Under the pieces are notes generated by a model. The model saw nothing but the letters and a program-made list of their open reading frames with translations. It made no database searches and had not been told where the DNA came from. From an uncultured Candidatus Saccharibacteria bacterium (GTDB lineage Bacteria > Patescibacteriota > Doudnabacteria > UBA920), in contig CAYVNU010000001.1 of the NCBI GenBank assembly GCA_964453265.1, forward strand, positions 117,331 through 181,330: a stretch of 64,000 bases of DNA. Direction: 5' to 3'. Shown here in pieces: positions 36,307-45,774 of the stretch. The position numbers and the translations under genes were made by a program. Position 1 is the stretch's first letter, and the number at the start of each line of letters is the position of its first letter.

Positions 36307-36906
36307 TCAAAGCCGTATTGTATAAGCACCACCATATTTAGTGCTCTCATTTTTTATTTTTCTTAAATTTGCTTGTTCTTGTTTTAATTTTTCTTTAAGA
36401 CTTTCAACATGAGACCTGATTGCTTCTTTTCTGATGTTATCTGATTCATCTTTTTCCTCTTTTGTATAATCAAAAACTAAGTCCTTTAACCTATTAATTC
36501 GAAATAAAGTACTGGAATAACGTGTTCTTGGTTGGCCATCCTCAGGATCAATACTCTCATTACATTCAAAAGCCTCAAAAGATCCGTCGTCTTTTCTAAC
36601 AAAAACTTCTGTTTTACCAGGTGTTTTTTTACGTTTTTTAATGTCATTTAAATTAACCTTTGTTTGCCATAAGTCATATTCTCTTCTCTTTGTAGGATCT
36701 TTAAGAGCAGTATATGCCTCTGAAATGAATTGATATTTTTTTGTATCACCACCCTGATCAGGGTGGTTTTTTTTAGATAATTTTAAGAAAGCCAGTCTTA
36801 TTTCATCTTCATTTGCGTCAGGTGAAATACCCAAAATTTTGTAATATGTTCCTGTGTCAAATTCTCTTTCCGCTAGACTGGGTGTAAGACCCATTTCTCT
36901 TTTCAT
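36307..36906 (-). CDS. J-domain (DnaJ-like) protein
   Basis: 'YYKILGISPDANEDEIRLAFLKLSKKNHPDQGGD' with the HPD motif, plus an acidic/basic C-terminal half. Confidence 0.65.
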   Translation of the reverse strand: MKREMGLTPSLAEREFDTGTYYKILGISPDANEDEIRLAFLKLSKKNHPDQGGDTKKYQFISEAYTALKDPTKRREYDLWQTKVNLNDIKKRKKTPGKTEVFVRKDDGSFEAFECNESIDPEDGQPRTRYSSTLFRINRLKDLVFDYTKEEKDESDNIRKEAIRSHVESLKEKLKQEQANLRKIKNESTKYGGAYTIRL

Positions 36907-36980
36907 ATATTTTATTGAATGGTTAAATTTTATAATTATGTACCATTAGTATAATAAATTTTAGCAAAATCGCTACAAGA

Positions 36981-38111
36981 CTACTTAAATTGTGAAGCAG
37001 TTTCTTCTAATGCAGGCTCAATAGTAATCGCATGGGATGCACCATAAACTATAAATGGACTTTTCCCATCCTTTAAGGTTTCAAAAACTTTGGTGGTTAA
37101 ATATTTATCGCGGGCAAGATTGTAAGCAGAGGCAATTTGATTTGTTATAGCATTTAGACCTTTTTCGTCAAGGGGGTCATAAAGTGCATTTACGTCTTCG
37201 ATTGGGATTTGCTGCTTATCGCGGTTAAGTAATGCATCTAGTGAAGGTATTAGTTTTTTATCAGACATTCCTGACATTTTGCTAAAAGCTTTATTTGCAC
37301 CCTGTAAAGCTTCTTCTATTACAGATTGCATATATTCCCTTAATTTTTTTGGGTCTTTTGCAATTTCTGCTAAATCTTCACCTTTTTTTAAATCTTTAAT
37401 CCAAGTAATTCCTGTAAGGTTTTGCAAATAAAAAAATTCGCGAGCAAAATTTTTGAGAGATTCCTGTCTAAAAGCTTCATCTCTGGGATTATCTGGCATT
37501 CTGCCCACGGAAGATGTAATGTCTCTAAGTAAAAAAGTAAGAGCAATTTCTTCTTGGTTAAATCCTTGATTTTTTAATTCTTGGACAATTTGGTTTTCTG
37601 GTATTTCGGGCGAGGTTATTTCAATACCCTGCTCTTTTGCTGTCCACATTAAAGCGCCTGTTTCTCCAAATTTTTTTATAGCTTCATCTTCATTTTCTAT
37701 TCCGACTAACATTTCGTTTGCTTTTTGAATATCCATTCCATCGCTCATACCCTCAACCATAAAAACTACTTTTTCAGGCGGAACATTTTTCAAAAATTTT
37801 GCGCGTTGAGTGCGTAACCCTGAAATAAAAGGGCTTTCAATATCTGAAGTGTGTGCAGTTCCAAAAAACACAAGACGTTGTTGCCCGAGTTTGTGTTCAA
37901 TTATGTAAGGCTTGTCTATTGTTTGGTCCTCAAGTTCCCGGCGGTTTGGGTCATTATGTGAGCGAAATTTTTTAGTAGCTTTTGGAACAGTTTGTTTATT
38001 CTCGCTTCGACACACTTCGCACGAATCAGGTAAATTTCCGTGAGGACATATTGCGAAAGTTTTTGTAATGTCAGCTGATAAATCTCTATTCATATGAGGT
38101 AATTTTAGCAT
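36981..38111 (-). CDS. TraB/GumN-family protein with N-terminal Cys-rich segment
   Basis: 'VFFGTAHTSDIESPF' (GTAH motif of the TraB family), 'ICPHGNLPDSCEVC' and a conserved Glu-rich middle region. Confidence 0.45.
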   Translation of the reverse strand: MLKLPHMNRDLSADITKTFAICPHGNLPDSCEVCRSENKQTVPKATKKFRSHNDPNRRELEDQTIDKPYIIEHKLGQQRLVFFGTAHTSDIESPFISGLRTQRAKFLKNVPPEKVVFMVEGMSDGMDIQKANEMLVGIENEDEAIKKFGETGALMWTAKEQGIEITSPEIPENQIVQELKNQGFNQEEIALTFLLRDITSSVGRMPDNPRDEAFRQESLKNFAREFFYLQNLTGITWIKDLKKGEDLAEIAKDPKKLREYMQSVIEEALQGANKAFSKMSGMSDKKLIPSLDALLNRDKQQIPIEDVNALYDPLDEKGLNAITNQIASAYNLARDKYLTTKVFETLKDGKSPFIVYGASHAITIEPALEETASQFK

Positions 38112-38166
38112 ATTTGATAAAAAATTTCTTTAGGAAAAACTTCAACATATGTTGAAGTTGTGGCTA

Positions 38167-38200
38167 ACCCCGCACCACAGAAGGGTGCGGGGCGCGGTGG
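38167..38200. repeat. GC-rich palindrome ccccgcacc-acagaa-ggtgcgggg + cgcggtggg
   Basis: A perfect 9-bp stem. A related 'ggtgcggggcggg' replaces the 3' part of the tRNA copy at 53848. Confidence 0.5.
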
Positions 38201-38258
38201 GAATACTTCCATTATCCTAAGCCATACAAAAAGCCTACTTAAAAAGTAGGCTTTTTAT

Positions 38259-38334
38259 ATGGGGCGGCTAACGGGAATTGAACCCGTGTTCCCGCTGCCA
38301 CAGAGCGGTGTAATAACCACTATACCATAGCCGC
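38259..38334 (-). tRNA. tRNA-His (anticodon GTG) with encoded G-1 and CCA
   Basis: The reverse complement begins G-1 then GCGGCTATGGTATAGTGG..., with anticodon stem CCGCT/AGCGG and loop CTGTGGC, a T-loop, and ends TAGCCGC-C-CCA. Confidence 0.85.
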
Positions 38335-38535
38335 CATAAATAAGTTCCAAGTTATAAAGTTTAAAGTTACAAGCTCTAAACAAAAAAACTCTCACACAGT
38401 TTATCCGAAACCCGGATTCGTGAAGAGTTATAATTTACCTGCTGTGTCAGGTAAAAAAATTATAGCATTTTGAGAGATTTTAGTCAATATTTTTACTCTC
38501 AACTATAGGAATAAAAGTTAGTAATTTTTGTAGTA

Positions 38536-39807
38536 ATGTTAAAAGGGTTCTTTAGTGTTATAATTTTAATATATATGCAAAAAAAGAAAATTGTTATTGT
38601 TGGTGGGGGATTTGGTGGAGTTTATACTTATTTGAATTTATGGAAAAAAATAAACATAAGCCTGACTGAGTTAGTTTTAATCAGTAAAAAAAATTATTTT
38701 TTATTTACTCCGCTGCTGCATGAAGTTGCTACTGGCTCTGTTAATCAGTCGAATATTATTCAGCCGCTTAGAGAAATTTTAAAACCTGGTCCGGGAAGTA
38801 TTATGGAGGAAGAGGTTTTGTCTATAAATACGCAAGACCAGATTGTTTTTACAGAGCAAAAAAAAATAAATTATGACTTTTTAGTTCTGGCAGCCGGAGC
38901 AAAAACTAATTATTTTGGGTTTGGACAGGAAATGGTTTTTGGATTAAAAGATTTACATGATGCTAGGCGGCTTAAAAATCATTTAGTGGAATGTTTTGAG
39001 AAAGCTGAATGGGAAGAAGATTTAGAAGAAAGAAAAAAACTTTTAACTTTTGTAGTAATTGGTGGAGGACCCACCGGCGTGGAGTTAGTAGCCGAAGTAG
39101 CTGAATTTGTAAGTGATACATTAGTAAATAGCTTTAAGAGTATAAAGAAACAAGACTTAAAAATATATCTCGTACAAAAAGGTGAAAAACTTTTGCCAAA
39201 CTTTGACAGTATTTTAGCGGAAAAAGCAGCAAAGTTGCTTAGTAATAAAGCTGGACTCGAAATTTTATTTAATTGTGAAGTTTCAGAAATATCTAAAGAT
39301 AGAGTCATTTTAAAAAACGGTAAGATTTTAAAGACAAATACGGCAATTTTATCAGCTGGTGTTAAACCAAATAACTTTGATTTAGGTGAATTGGTAAATC
39401 TAAATAAAAAAGGTCAGATTTTAACAAATTCATTTTTACAAATACCGTCTTTGCCAAATATTTTTGTGGTAGGTGATATGGCTGCAATAAATTGTGAAAA
39501 AAATAGTATACCTCAAACAGCCCAGGCTGCTGAGGCAGGGGCATTGGTGGTAGCAAAAAATATCAGTGCCATTATAAATAATAAACCCTTAACCAGTTTT
39601 TTGTATAAAGAAAAAGGTCAACTGGTTTCTTTAGGTAGATGGATGGCTATTGCGCAAATTTATAAAATTAAACTTTTTGGGCATTTTGCCTGGTGGGTCT
39701 GGAGGACTATTTACGCCAGTAAATTAATTGGTTGGGCCAACCGTTTGCGTGTGGTTTTAGATTGGACAATAGATATTTTTTATCCTAGAGATATTTCTAA
39801 ATTTTAA
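38536..39807 (+). CDS. ndh: Type II NADH dehydrogenase (NDH-2) / FAD-dependent pyridine nucleotide-disulfide oxidoreductase
   Basis: 'KIVIVGGGFGGVY' first FAD motif and 'FVVIGGGPTGVELVAE' second dinucleotide motif. The start may instead be the in-frame ATG at 38575. Confidence 0.8.
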   Translation: MLKGFFSVIILIYMQKKKIVIVGGGFGGVYTYLNLWKKINISLTELVLISKKNYFLFTPLLHEVATGSVNQSNIIQPLREILKPGPGSIMEEEVLSINTQDQIVFTEQKKINYDFLVLAAGAKTNYFGFGQEMVFGLKDLHDARRLKNHLVECFEKAEWEEDLEERKKLLTFVVIGGGPTGVELVAEVAEFVSDTLVNSFKSIKKQDLKIYLVQKGEKLLPNFDSILAEKAAKLLSNKAGLEILFNCEVSEISKDRVILKNGKILKTNTAILSAGVKPNNFDLGELVNLNKKGQILTNSFLQIPSLPNIFVVGDMAAINCEKNSIPQTAQAAEAGALVVAKNISAIINNKPLTSFLYKEKGQLVSLGRWMAIAQIYKIKLFGHFAWWVWRTIYASKLIGWANRLRVVLDWTIDIFYPRDISKF

Positions 39808-39812
39808 ATTTT

Positions 39813-40139
39813 ATGAAGTTGATTTTAAAAATAATTATTTCCGGCTTGGCGGTTATGCTTGCGGCAAAAATTGTCCCCGGTATTTATGTTAGCGGCTTTG
39901 GTACCGCTTTGCTGGTTGCCTTGGTTTTTGGAATTTTAAACTCAACTTTAGGCTTCTTTTTAAAAGTTTTAACTTTCCCTTTAACGCTAATAACTTTTGG
40001 TTTTTTTCTCTTGGTTATTAATGCGCTTATGTTTCAAGCGGCAAGTTTTGTAAAAGGCTTTGAAGTTACAGGTTTTTGGCCGGCTTTTTTTGGAAGTTTA
40101 ATAGTAACTTTAGCCAGTATTGCAAGCAAAAAATTATAG
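39813..40139 (+). CDS. Small integral membrane protein (3-4 TM), hypothetical
   Basis: 108 aa, highly hydrophobic. Confidence 0.4.
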   Translation: MKLILKIIISGLAVMLAAKIVPGIYVSGFGTALLVALVFGILNSTLGFFLKVLTFPLTLITFGFFLLVINALMFQAASFVKGFEVTGFWPAFFGSLIVTLASIASKKL

Positions 40140-40145
40140 ATAATT

Positions 40146-40176
40146 AAAAATCCGGGGATTATTTCCCCGGATTTTT
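40146..40176. terminator. Bidirectional terminator
   Basis: aaaaatccggggatt atttccccggattttt, a perfect hairpin with A/T runs on both sides. Confidence 0.7.
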
Positions 40177-40184
40177 AATTTGGT

Positions 40185-40643
40185 TTATTTTGTTTGATTT
40201 TCTTGAGGCGGTATTATTGACCTTAGTTGAATGTTCTGAGCAGAAATTGTTCCGTCTGAATTTGGGGTTCCGACAACAGTAATTTCTTTGCCTGTTACTA
40301 AGTCTGAACTTGTGCCTATGGCTGCTTTGTTAATTTGGGTACTGTCGGAATAAAAAATTATTTTTGATCCGCCATCCCGCATTTTTATAGTCAAACTTTT
40401 ATCATCTTTGTTTAAAATTTCCCCTGAAATGAAACCGCCATTTTGAGGCATGTTTCTAATTGTTCCTGTTCCAGTTCTAAATTGTCCGGTTCCTTGTTGT
40501 CTTTGAGCGAAATTTTGACCGCCAGGAAATTGATCAGCTAGTTTGCTGTTGTTTTTTTGTCCCAGTTTGTATCCGCCAAAAAAACTGGCTACACCAACAA
40601 TTATAGCTATTGCAATTACTGTAGTAAGATTTTTTTTGTCCAT
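40185..40643 (-). CDS. Secreted/membrane-anchored hypothetical protein
   Basis: N-terminal TM/signal sequence and a Gly/Gln-rich linker. It sits downstream of the ABC efflux genes. Confidence 0.4.
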   Translation of the reverse strand: MDKKNLTTVIAIAIIVGVASFFGGYKLGQKNNSKLADQFPGGQNFAQRQQGTGQFRTGTGTIRNMPQNGGFISGEILNKDDKSLTIKMRDGGSKIIFYSDSTQINKAAIGTSSDLVTGKEITVVGTPNSDGTISAQNIQLRSIIPPQENQTK

Positions 40644-40673
40644 GGTATTTATTAATTATTTTATTAATTTAAA

Positions 40674-41897
40674 TTATTCATATCTTAAAGCCTCAATAGG
40701 GTTTAGTGCGGAAGCTCTTCTGGCAGGGTAGTAGCCAAAAATTATTCCGATTCCGGCCGATACCCCAAAGGCCAGAAGGATTGAAGAAATAGAGACGCTA
40801 GTTGCTATTCCGGCAAACTTTGTTACTGCAAATGCGAGTAGCCAGCCCAGTATTATACCTAAAAAGCCTCCTAAAAAAGTTAACATCAAAGCTTCGAATA
40901 AAAACTGCATAGAAATATCTTTTCTATGTGCTCCTATAGCTTTTCGTAAGCCAATTTCTCTTGTGCGTTCAGTTACTGTGGTTAGCATCATATTCATTAT
41001 CCCGATTCCGCCGACTAGCAAAGAGATGCCGGCAATTGACGCAAGTAAAATGGTAAATATGCCTGTAACGCTGGAAGCCGCCGCTACTATGTCAGACTGA
41101 TTTAGAACTTGAAAATCCGCCATTTGAGGATTTGAAATTTTATGTCTTTTTAAAAGCAGTTGGGTAATTTGCTGCTGGATGGCTGACATAGAATTTTGAT
41201 CATTGGCTTGAATGCTAATTGTTGTTACATAATTATCGCCTGCCAAAAAACGCTGAGCTGTGGCGAGCGGAACGTATATTGCATCATCGGAATTACTAAA
41301 ACCACTTCCGCCTTTAGCTTTAGTTACCCCAATAACTTTAAATTCAACTTTGTTGATTTTGACAGCTTGTCCTATTGGATCGGAATCTTGTCCAAATAAA
41401 TCAGAGGCGGTTGTTGGCCCAAGTACGGCAACTTTGGAAAGATTTTTAGAATTTTGTTCGGATACAAAAACACCTCGGTCAATTTGAATATTTCTAACAT
41501 CAGTGTAGGAGGCGACTGTACCAATAACTTGTGTGTTGGTATTTTTTGATTTAGCGGTTATTTGATAGCGCCTAGAAATTTCCGGTGCCACTGCTTTAGC
41601 CAAGGTAATTTCTTTTATAATTGCATCGGCATCATTTTGGGTAAGCGTTTGGGCGGAACCGCGTCCTGAGGAAACTTGAGTCCCTACCCCTCGGGCAAAT
41701 CCCGGTGTAACTAAAACTAAATTTGAACCGATTGATTGAATGCTCGATTCAATTGAGCCTTGAGCTCCCTGGCCGATAGCTATCATGGCAATTACTGAGC
41801 CAATGCCAATTACTATACCTAAAACCGTCAAGCCAGAGCGGACTTTATTTACGGTTATCGCAGAATATGTTTCTTCTAAAAGGTCAGCAATTTTCAT
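40674..41897 (-). CDS. ABC transporter permease, MacB/FtsX family
   Basis: MacB_PCD periplasmic domain between TM1 and TM2, and a C-terminal FtsX 4-TM bundle. Confidence 0.8.
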   Translation of the reverse strand: MKIADLLEETYSAITVNKVRSGLTVLGIVIGIGSVIAMIAIGQGAQGSIESSIQSIGSNLVLVTPGFARGVGTQVSSGRGSAQTLTQNDADAIIKEITLAKAVAPEISRRYQITAKSKNTNTQVIGTVASYTDVRNIQIDRGVFVSEQNSKNLSKVAVLGPTTASDLFGQDSDPIGQAVKINKVEFKVIGVTKAKGGSGFSNSDDAIYVPLATAQRFLAGDNYVTTISIQANDQNSMSAIQQQITQLLLKRHKISNPQMADFQVLNQSDIVAAASSVTGIFTILLASIAGISLLVGGIGIMNMMLTTVTERTREIGLRKAIGAHRKDISMQFLFEALMLTFLGGFLGIILGWLLAFAVTKFAGIATSVSISSILLAFGVSAGIGIIFGYYPARRASALNPIEALRYE

Positions 41898-41906
41898 ATT
41901 AATAGA

Positions 41907-42587
41907 TTATTTACTTTTTTCATCTTTTAATATTAGACCATCTTTTATATGAATTATCCGGTTCGCGTGCATAGCTACATCATGCTCATGAGTTATTAAA
42001 ATAATTGTCCTGCCTTCCGAATTCATTTTTTTAAATGTTGAGAGAACAATTAATCCGGTTTTTGTATCTAAGTTTCCAGTTGGCTCATCTGCTAGAATAA
42101 TTGCCGGATTATTTACCAAAGCTCGGGCAATTGCCACGCGCTGCATTTGCCCTCCGGAGAGTTGGTTGGATAAATGTAAAAATCTGCTTTCTTCCATACC
42201 AGCTTCGAGCAGGGCTTTTTTAGCCGCTTCTTCGCGTAAATTTTTTTCGACTTCGGCGTAAACTAAGGGCAGTGCCACATTTCTTAAGACTGTCGCGCGT
42301 GGAAGTAAATTAAAAGATTGAAAAACAAAACCAATTTTTTTCTTTCGGACTTCCGCTAACTCATCGTCAGAAAGCTTAGATACATCTTGTCCGTCTAAAA
42401 AGTAGCTGCCTGAACTAGGGGAGTCTAACGCGCCTAATATGTGCATTAAAGTAGACTTACCTGAACCTGAAGGACCCATAATCGCAACAAATTCTCCTTG
42501 CTCTATTTTAAAATCTAAACCTTTCAATACCAAAGTTTCTTGATCTCCGTTTTTATATTTTTTTGTAAGATTTTTACAGGTTATCAT
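41907..42587 (-). CDS. ABC transporter ATP-binding protein (MacB/LolD-type)
   Basis: 'GPSGSGKST', '[15 protein letters not shown]', '[11 protein letters not shown]'. Confidence 0.9.
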   Translation of the reverse strand: MITCKNLTKKYKNGDQETLVLKGLDFKIEQGEFVAIMGPSGSGKSTLMHILGALDSPSSGSYFLDGQDVSKLSDDELAEVRKKKIGFVFQSFNLLPRATVLRNVALPLVYAEVEKNLREEAAKKALLEAGMEESRFLHLSNQLSGGQMQRVAIARALVNNPAIILADEPTGNLDTKTGLIVLSTFKKMNSEGRTIILITHEHDVAMHANRIIHIKDGLILKDEKSK

Positions 42588-44339
42588 TTACCTTGCTCCC
42601 GCTGCTCTAAAAGCATTGCCTCCAATTGGCAGAATGCTGTTTGTGCTCTTTGTTTGATTTTGTGTACCGGTACTTTGCGAGCTTATGGTTTGAGTTATTA
42701 CTTCTTGACCCCCAGTGAGACCAGATATTATTTCTGTTGAAGTGTCATTACTTAAGCCAGTTTGAATATTCAGTTTACTTGGAACCCCGTTTTCTAAAAT
42801 TTCTACATAGGTTGAATTGCCTTGTGTTTTTACCGCGGAATTTGGTACCAGTAAAATATCTTGTTTTACTTCTGTTATTACAGAGGCTGAGACGCTCATT
42901 CCTGGTTTAATTCTGTTGTCCTGTGTGTCAAAAGCAATTTTTACCGAATAAGATACAACTCCTTGATTGGTTGTGCCTAAAGTATCAATTTGAGCGACTG
43001 TGCCGGTTAAACTAAGACTGTCTATGGCATCAAAATTTAAAGTGGCTTTTTGCCCTAACTTTATTTTTGCTACATCGACTTCATTTAGTGAAATTTGGGC
43101 AATTTGTTGTTTGGCAATTAAGCTGCCCAAGCTTGATCCTGAGGAAACACTGGCACCTTTTTCAACTAAGAGTGTTGCCAAAGTTCCGTCAAAAGGCGCT
43201 CTAATTGTATACTTAGATAAATTTATTCTAGCGTCTGATAAGGCATCTTGTCTTAATTTGACAGTGAGTTCCGAAGATTTAATGTCTAATGGGTCTGCTC
43301 CTGCCTGCAGTTTTAGTAAATTTGCTTGATTTTCTTCAATTGTTCTATCGGCATTAACTAAGGCTTGCTTGTCGTTATTTAGTGAATTTTGACTAGTAAG
43401 TAAGCCAGAAAGGTGGTTGTTTGCAAGCCCGGTATAAGTGTTTAAATTATTTAAATGACTTGAAGATAAGGCGGCAGGGGTAAGATTTTTTTCTGTTAAC
43501 TTATCGACATATAGTTGAATGAGATTGTTTGAACTTTTTATAGCTTCTGATGTTTTTTTTGTAGTTTCATAAGTTTCGGTTAAAAGTTTTTCAATTGTTT
43601 CTTTTGAGGAGAAGCGGGTGACTATTTTGTAGTCGTTAAAGTTCGCGTCGTAGGCGCTTTTTGCCGAAGCGTATTTTGCTATGGCATCATTTTTAAAACT
43701 ATCTGCACGTAGAGTGTCGTATTGGCTAATAATGCTTGAATAAAAATCTACATTAGCTTGTCCGTTGCTATTTGATGTTTTTTCAACGTTATATAAAATA
43801 TTTTGAAGTCCTGACATTACTGTTGGCAGGTCTAAGAAAGTATTTGAAATATTGTTAAAGCTATCTTCGTAGTCTTTGTCTAAGTTATTTTGGGAAATCT
43901 GTTTATTTTCTTTGGATTTATCTAAATTATTTTTTGCCTGGAGTAAAGAAAGTTGATCAGAGGCTTGTTGTAATTTTTGTAATGAAAGTTGGGCGCTATC
44001 TAAATTATTTTGTGCATCCCGAACGTTTTTTAAAGCGTCTGTTGCGTCAATTTGGGCAATTATATCGCCAGACTTTAAATCTTGCCCACTTTTTACTTTA
44101 AGATTTAAAATTTTTCCTGAAATTTCAGGCTTTATATCAACCTGGTTATCGCTGGCCACTTGCCCTGTCGCGCTTATTGAAAATATCAGCGTGCCATTTT
44201 TTACCTTTTGTGTAATATACTGGTTGGAAATTTTGGTTGGAAATATTTTTTTGTATGCGTAAATTGATAGTCCAACTAGGGAAATTAAGCAAATAAAAAA
44301 AATTATTGGTCTAGTTTTGACAAAATGGTAGAATTTCAT
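42588..44339 (-). CDS. HlyD/MacA-family periplasmic adaptor with extended coiled coil
   Basis: N-terminal TM helix, a long coiled-coil region and beta-barrel/MP domains. Its stop abuts the ATPase start. Confidence 0.7.
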   Translation of the reverse strand: MKFYHFVKTRPIIFFICLISLVGLSIYAYKKIFPTKISNQYITQKVKNGTLIFSISATGQVASDNQVDIKPEISGKILNLKVKSGQDLKSGDIIAQIDATDALKNVRDAQNNLDSAQLSLQKLQQASDQLSLLQAKNNLDKSKENKQISQNNLDKDYEDSFNNISNTFLDLPTVMSGLQNILYNVEKTSNSNGQANVDFYSSIISQYDTLRADSFKNDAIAKYASAKSAYDANFNDYKIVTRFSSKETIEKLLTETYETTKKTSEAIKSSNNLIQLYVDKLTEKNLTPAALSSSHLNNLNTYTGLANNHLSGLLTSQNSLNNDKQALVNADRTIEENQANLLKLQAGADPLDIKSSELTVKLRQDALSDARINLSKYTIRAPFDGTLATLLVEKGASVSSGSSLGSLIAKQQIAQISLNEVDVAKIKLGQKATLNFDAIDSLSLTGTVAQIDTLGTTNQGVVSYSVKIAFDTQDNRIKPGMSVSASVITEVKQDILLVPNSAVKTQGNSTYVEILENGVPSKLNIQTGLSNDTSTEIISGLTGGQEVITQTISSQSTGTQNQTKSTNSILPIGGNAFRAAGAR

Positions 44340-44551
44340 TTTCTTGAATTAAATTTTAAGGGTATTTATATAATATAACACTTCACTACATTTATACATA
44401 AAAAGCTAGTATTTATTTCAAAATTAATAATTTGGTTAAATTTGTGTAATTTGGTATACTTATTTTGTATTTACTGAAATTATTTTTATATTATGTACTG
44501 CTTAATTTAAAGCTATTTAAATAGTCTTGTTTTATAGTTTGTTTAAAATCT

Positions 44552-45766
44552 ATGCCGTATATAAGCCATTTATTGAATAATAAGGTTACTGACAGTTCAG
44601 ACCATACTGTCGGGTATTTAAAAGATGTCTTAATTAGTGCTCAAAAAGATACTTTTGCGCCTTTAAAATTTTTAGTTATAGATACTCCGGGTAAACTTAT
44701 AAAATTCGTAGCTTATGAATTCGTACAAAATTTTGATAAAGGGGAGATTTCTTTAAAGAATTTGTTTAGTAAAATAGCCTTAGATGAGTTGCCTAAGGAA
44801 CAATTCATATATTTAAAAAAGGATATATTAGATAAACAAATAGTAGATTTAGAAGGTACTAGGGTTGTTCGAGTAAATGATTTGAGAATTGGATTCTTTG
44901 ATCATAAAATGTCAGTTTTAGCAATCGATTCAAGTGTAAGAGGGTTGTTTAGGCGACTTGGGTGGGATAACCGTTTTATAAATGGTCTTTTTAAGTCTAG
45001 TTTAATTGATTGGCGCCAGGCTCAGCTTTTAGACAATGGGCCACTTCAGTTAAATACGAGCACAAAAGATTTAAGCCAACTTCACCCTGCTGATTTGGCT
45101 AATATTGTCGAAGAACTTGATGTTAAGCAGGGAAGTAATATATTAGAATCCTTAACTGATACTCAAGCGGCAAAGGTTTTAGAGGAAGTCGACCCTAATT
45201 TACAGAATATTTTAGTTAAATATTTAGGGCCAGAAAGATCGGCTAAAATTTTAAGTCAAATGTCTAGCGATGAGTTTGTCGACTTAATAAAGAGTTTTTC
45301 GTCTGCTGAATCAAGAGCTATTTTAGCAAAAATTAAGGGTAGTAAAGTAAGAAACTTGGAGAAATTAATGTCTTATCCGGATAACACTGCCGGAGGTCTG
45401 ATGACTTTGGATTTTGTAACAGTTAGGCCAGAGTGGACTGTACTTGAAGCGGTTGAACAAATAAAAAAATGGTCACCTAATTTTAGGTCAATTGTTTTTG
45501 TTTATGTAACAGATGCGGATGGCAGCTTTCACGGCGTTGTATCATTGCGCAGAATTTTAGTGGCTGAAAATTATAAAACTATGGCTGAATTGTCTAAATC
45601 TTTTCGGTCTCCCGCTGCTTTAAAACCCACAGATAAAATTCCAAAAATAATCGGTTTAATGACCAGGTATAATTTATTTACAGCCGCGGTGGTTGATAAA
45701 GAAAAAAAACTATTGGGAATTGTAACGATTGATGACGTGATGCGTCAGTTGTACCCTAACGCTTAG
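44552..45766 (+). CDS. Soluble MgtE-N domain + CBS-pair protein with N-terminal PRC-barrel-like domain (no channel domain)
   Basis: An 'LANIVEELDVKQGSNILESLTDTQAAKVLEEVDP' MgtE_N helical repeat, and two CBS motifs ('HGVVSLRRIL', 'LLGIVTIDDVMRQL'). No TM helices. Confidence 0.7.
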   Translation: MPYISHLLNNKVTDSSDHTVGYLKDVLISAQKDTFAPLKFLVIDTPGKLIKFVAYEFVQNFDKGEISLKNLFSKIALDELPKEQFIYLKKDILDKQIVDLEGTRVVRVNDLRIGFFDHKMSVLAIDSSVRGLFRRLGWDNRFINGLFKSSLIDWRQAQLLDNGPLQLNTSTKDLSQLHPADLANIVEELDVKQGSNILESLTDTQAAKVLEEVDPNLQNILVKYLGPERSAKILSQMSSDEFVDLIKSFSSAESRAILAKIKGSKVRNLEKLMSYPDNTAGGLMTLDFVTVRPEWTVLEAVEQIKKWSPNFRSIVFVYVTDADGSFHGVVSLRRILVAENYKTMAELSKSFRSPAALKPTDKIPKIIGLMTRYNLFTAAVVDKEKKLLGIVTIDDVMRQLYPNA

Positions 45767-45774
45767 TAATTATT

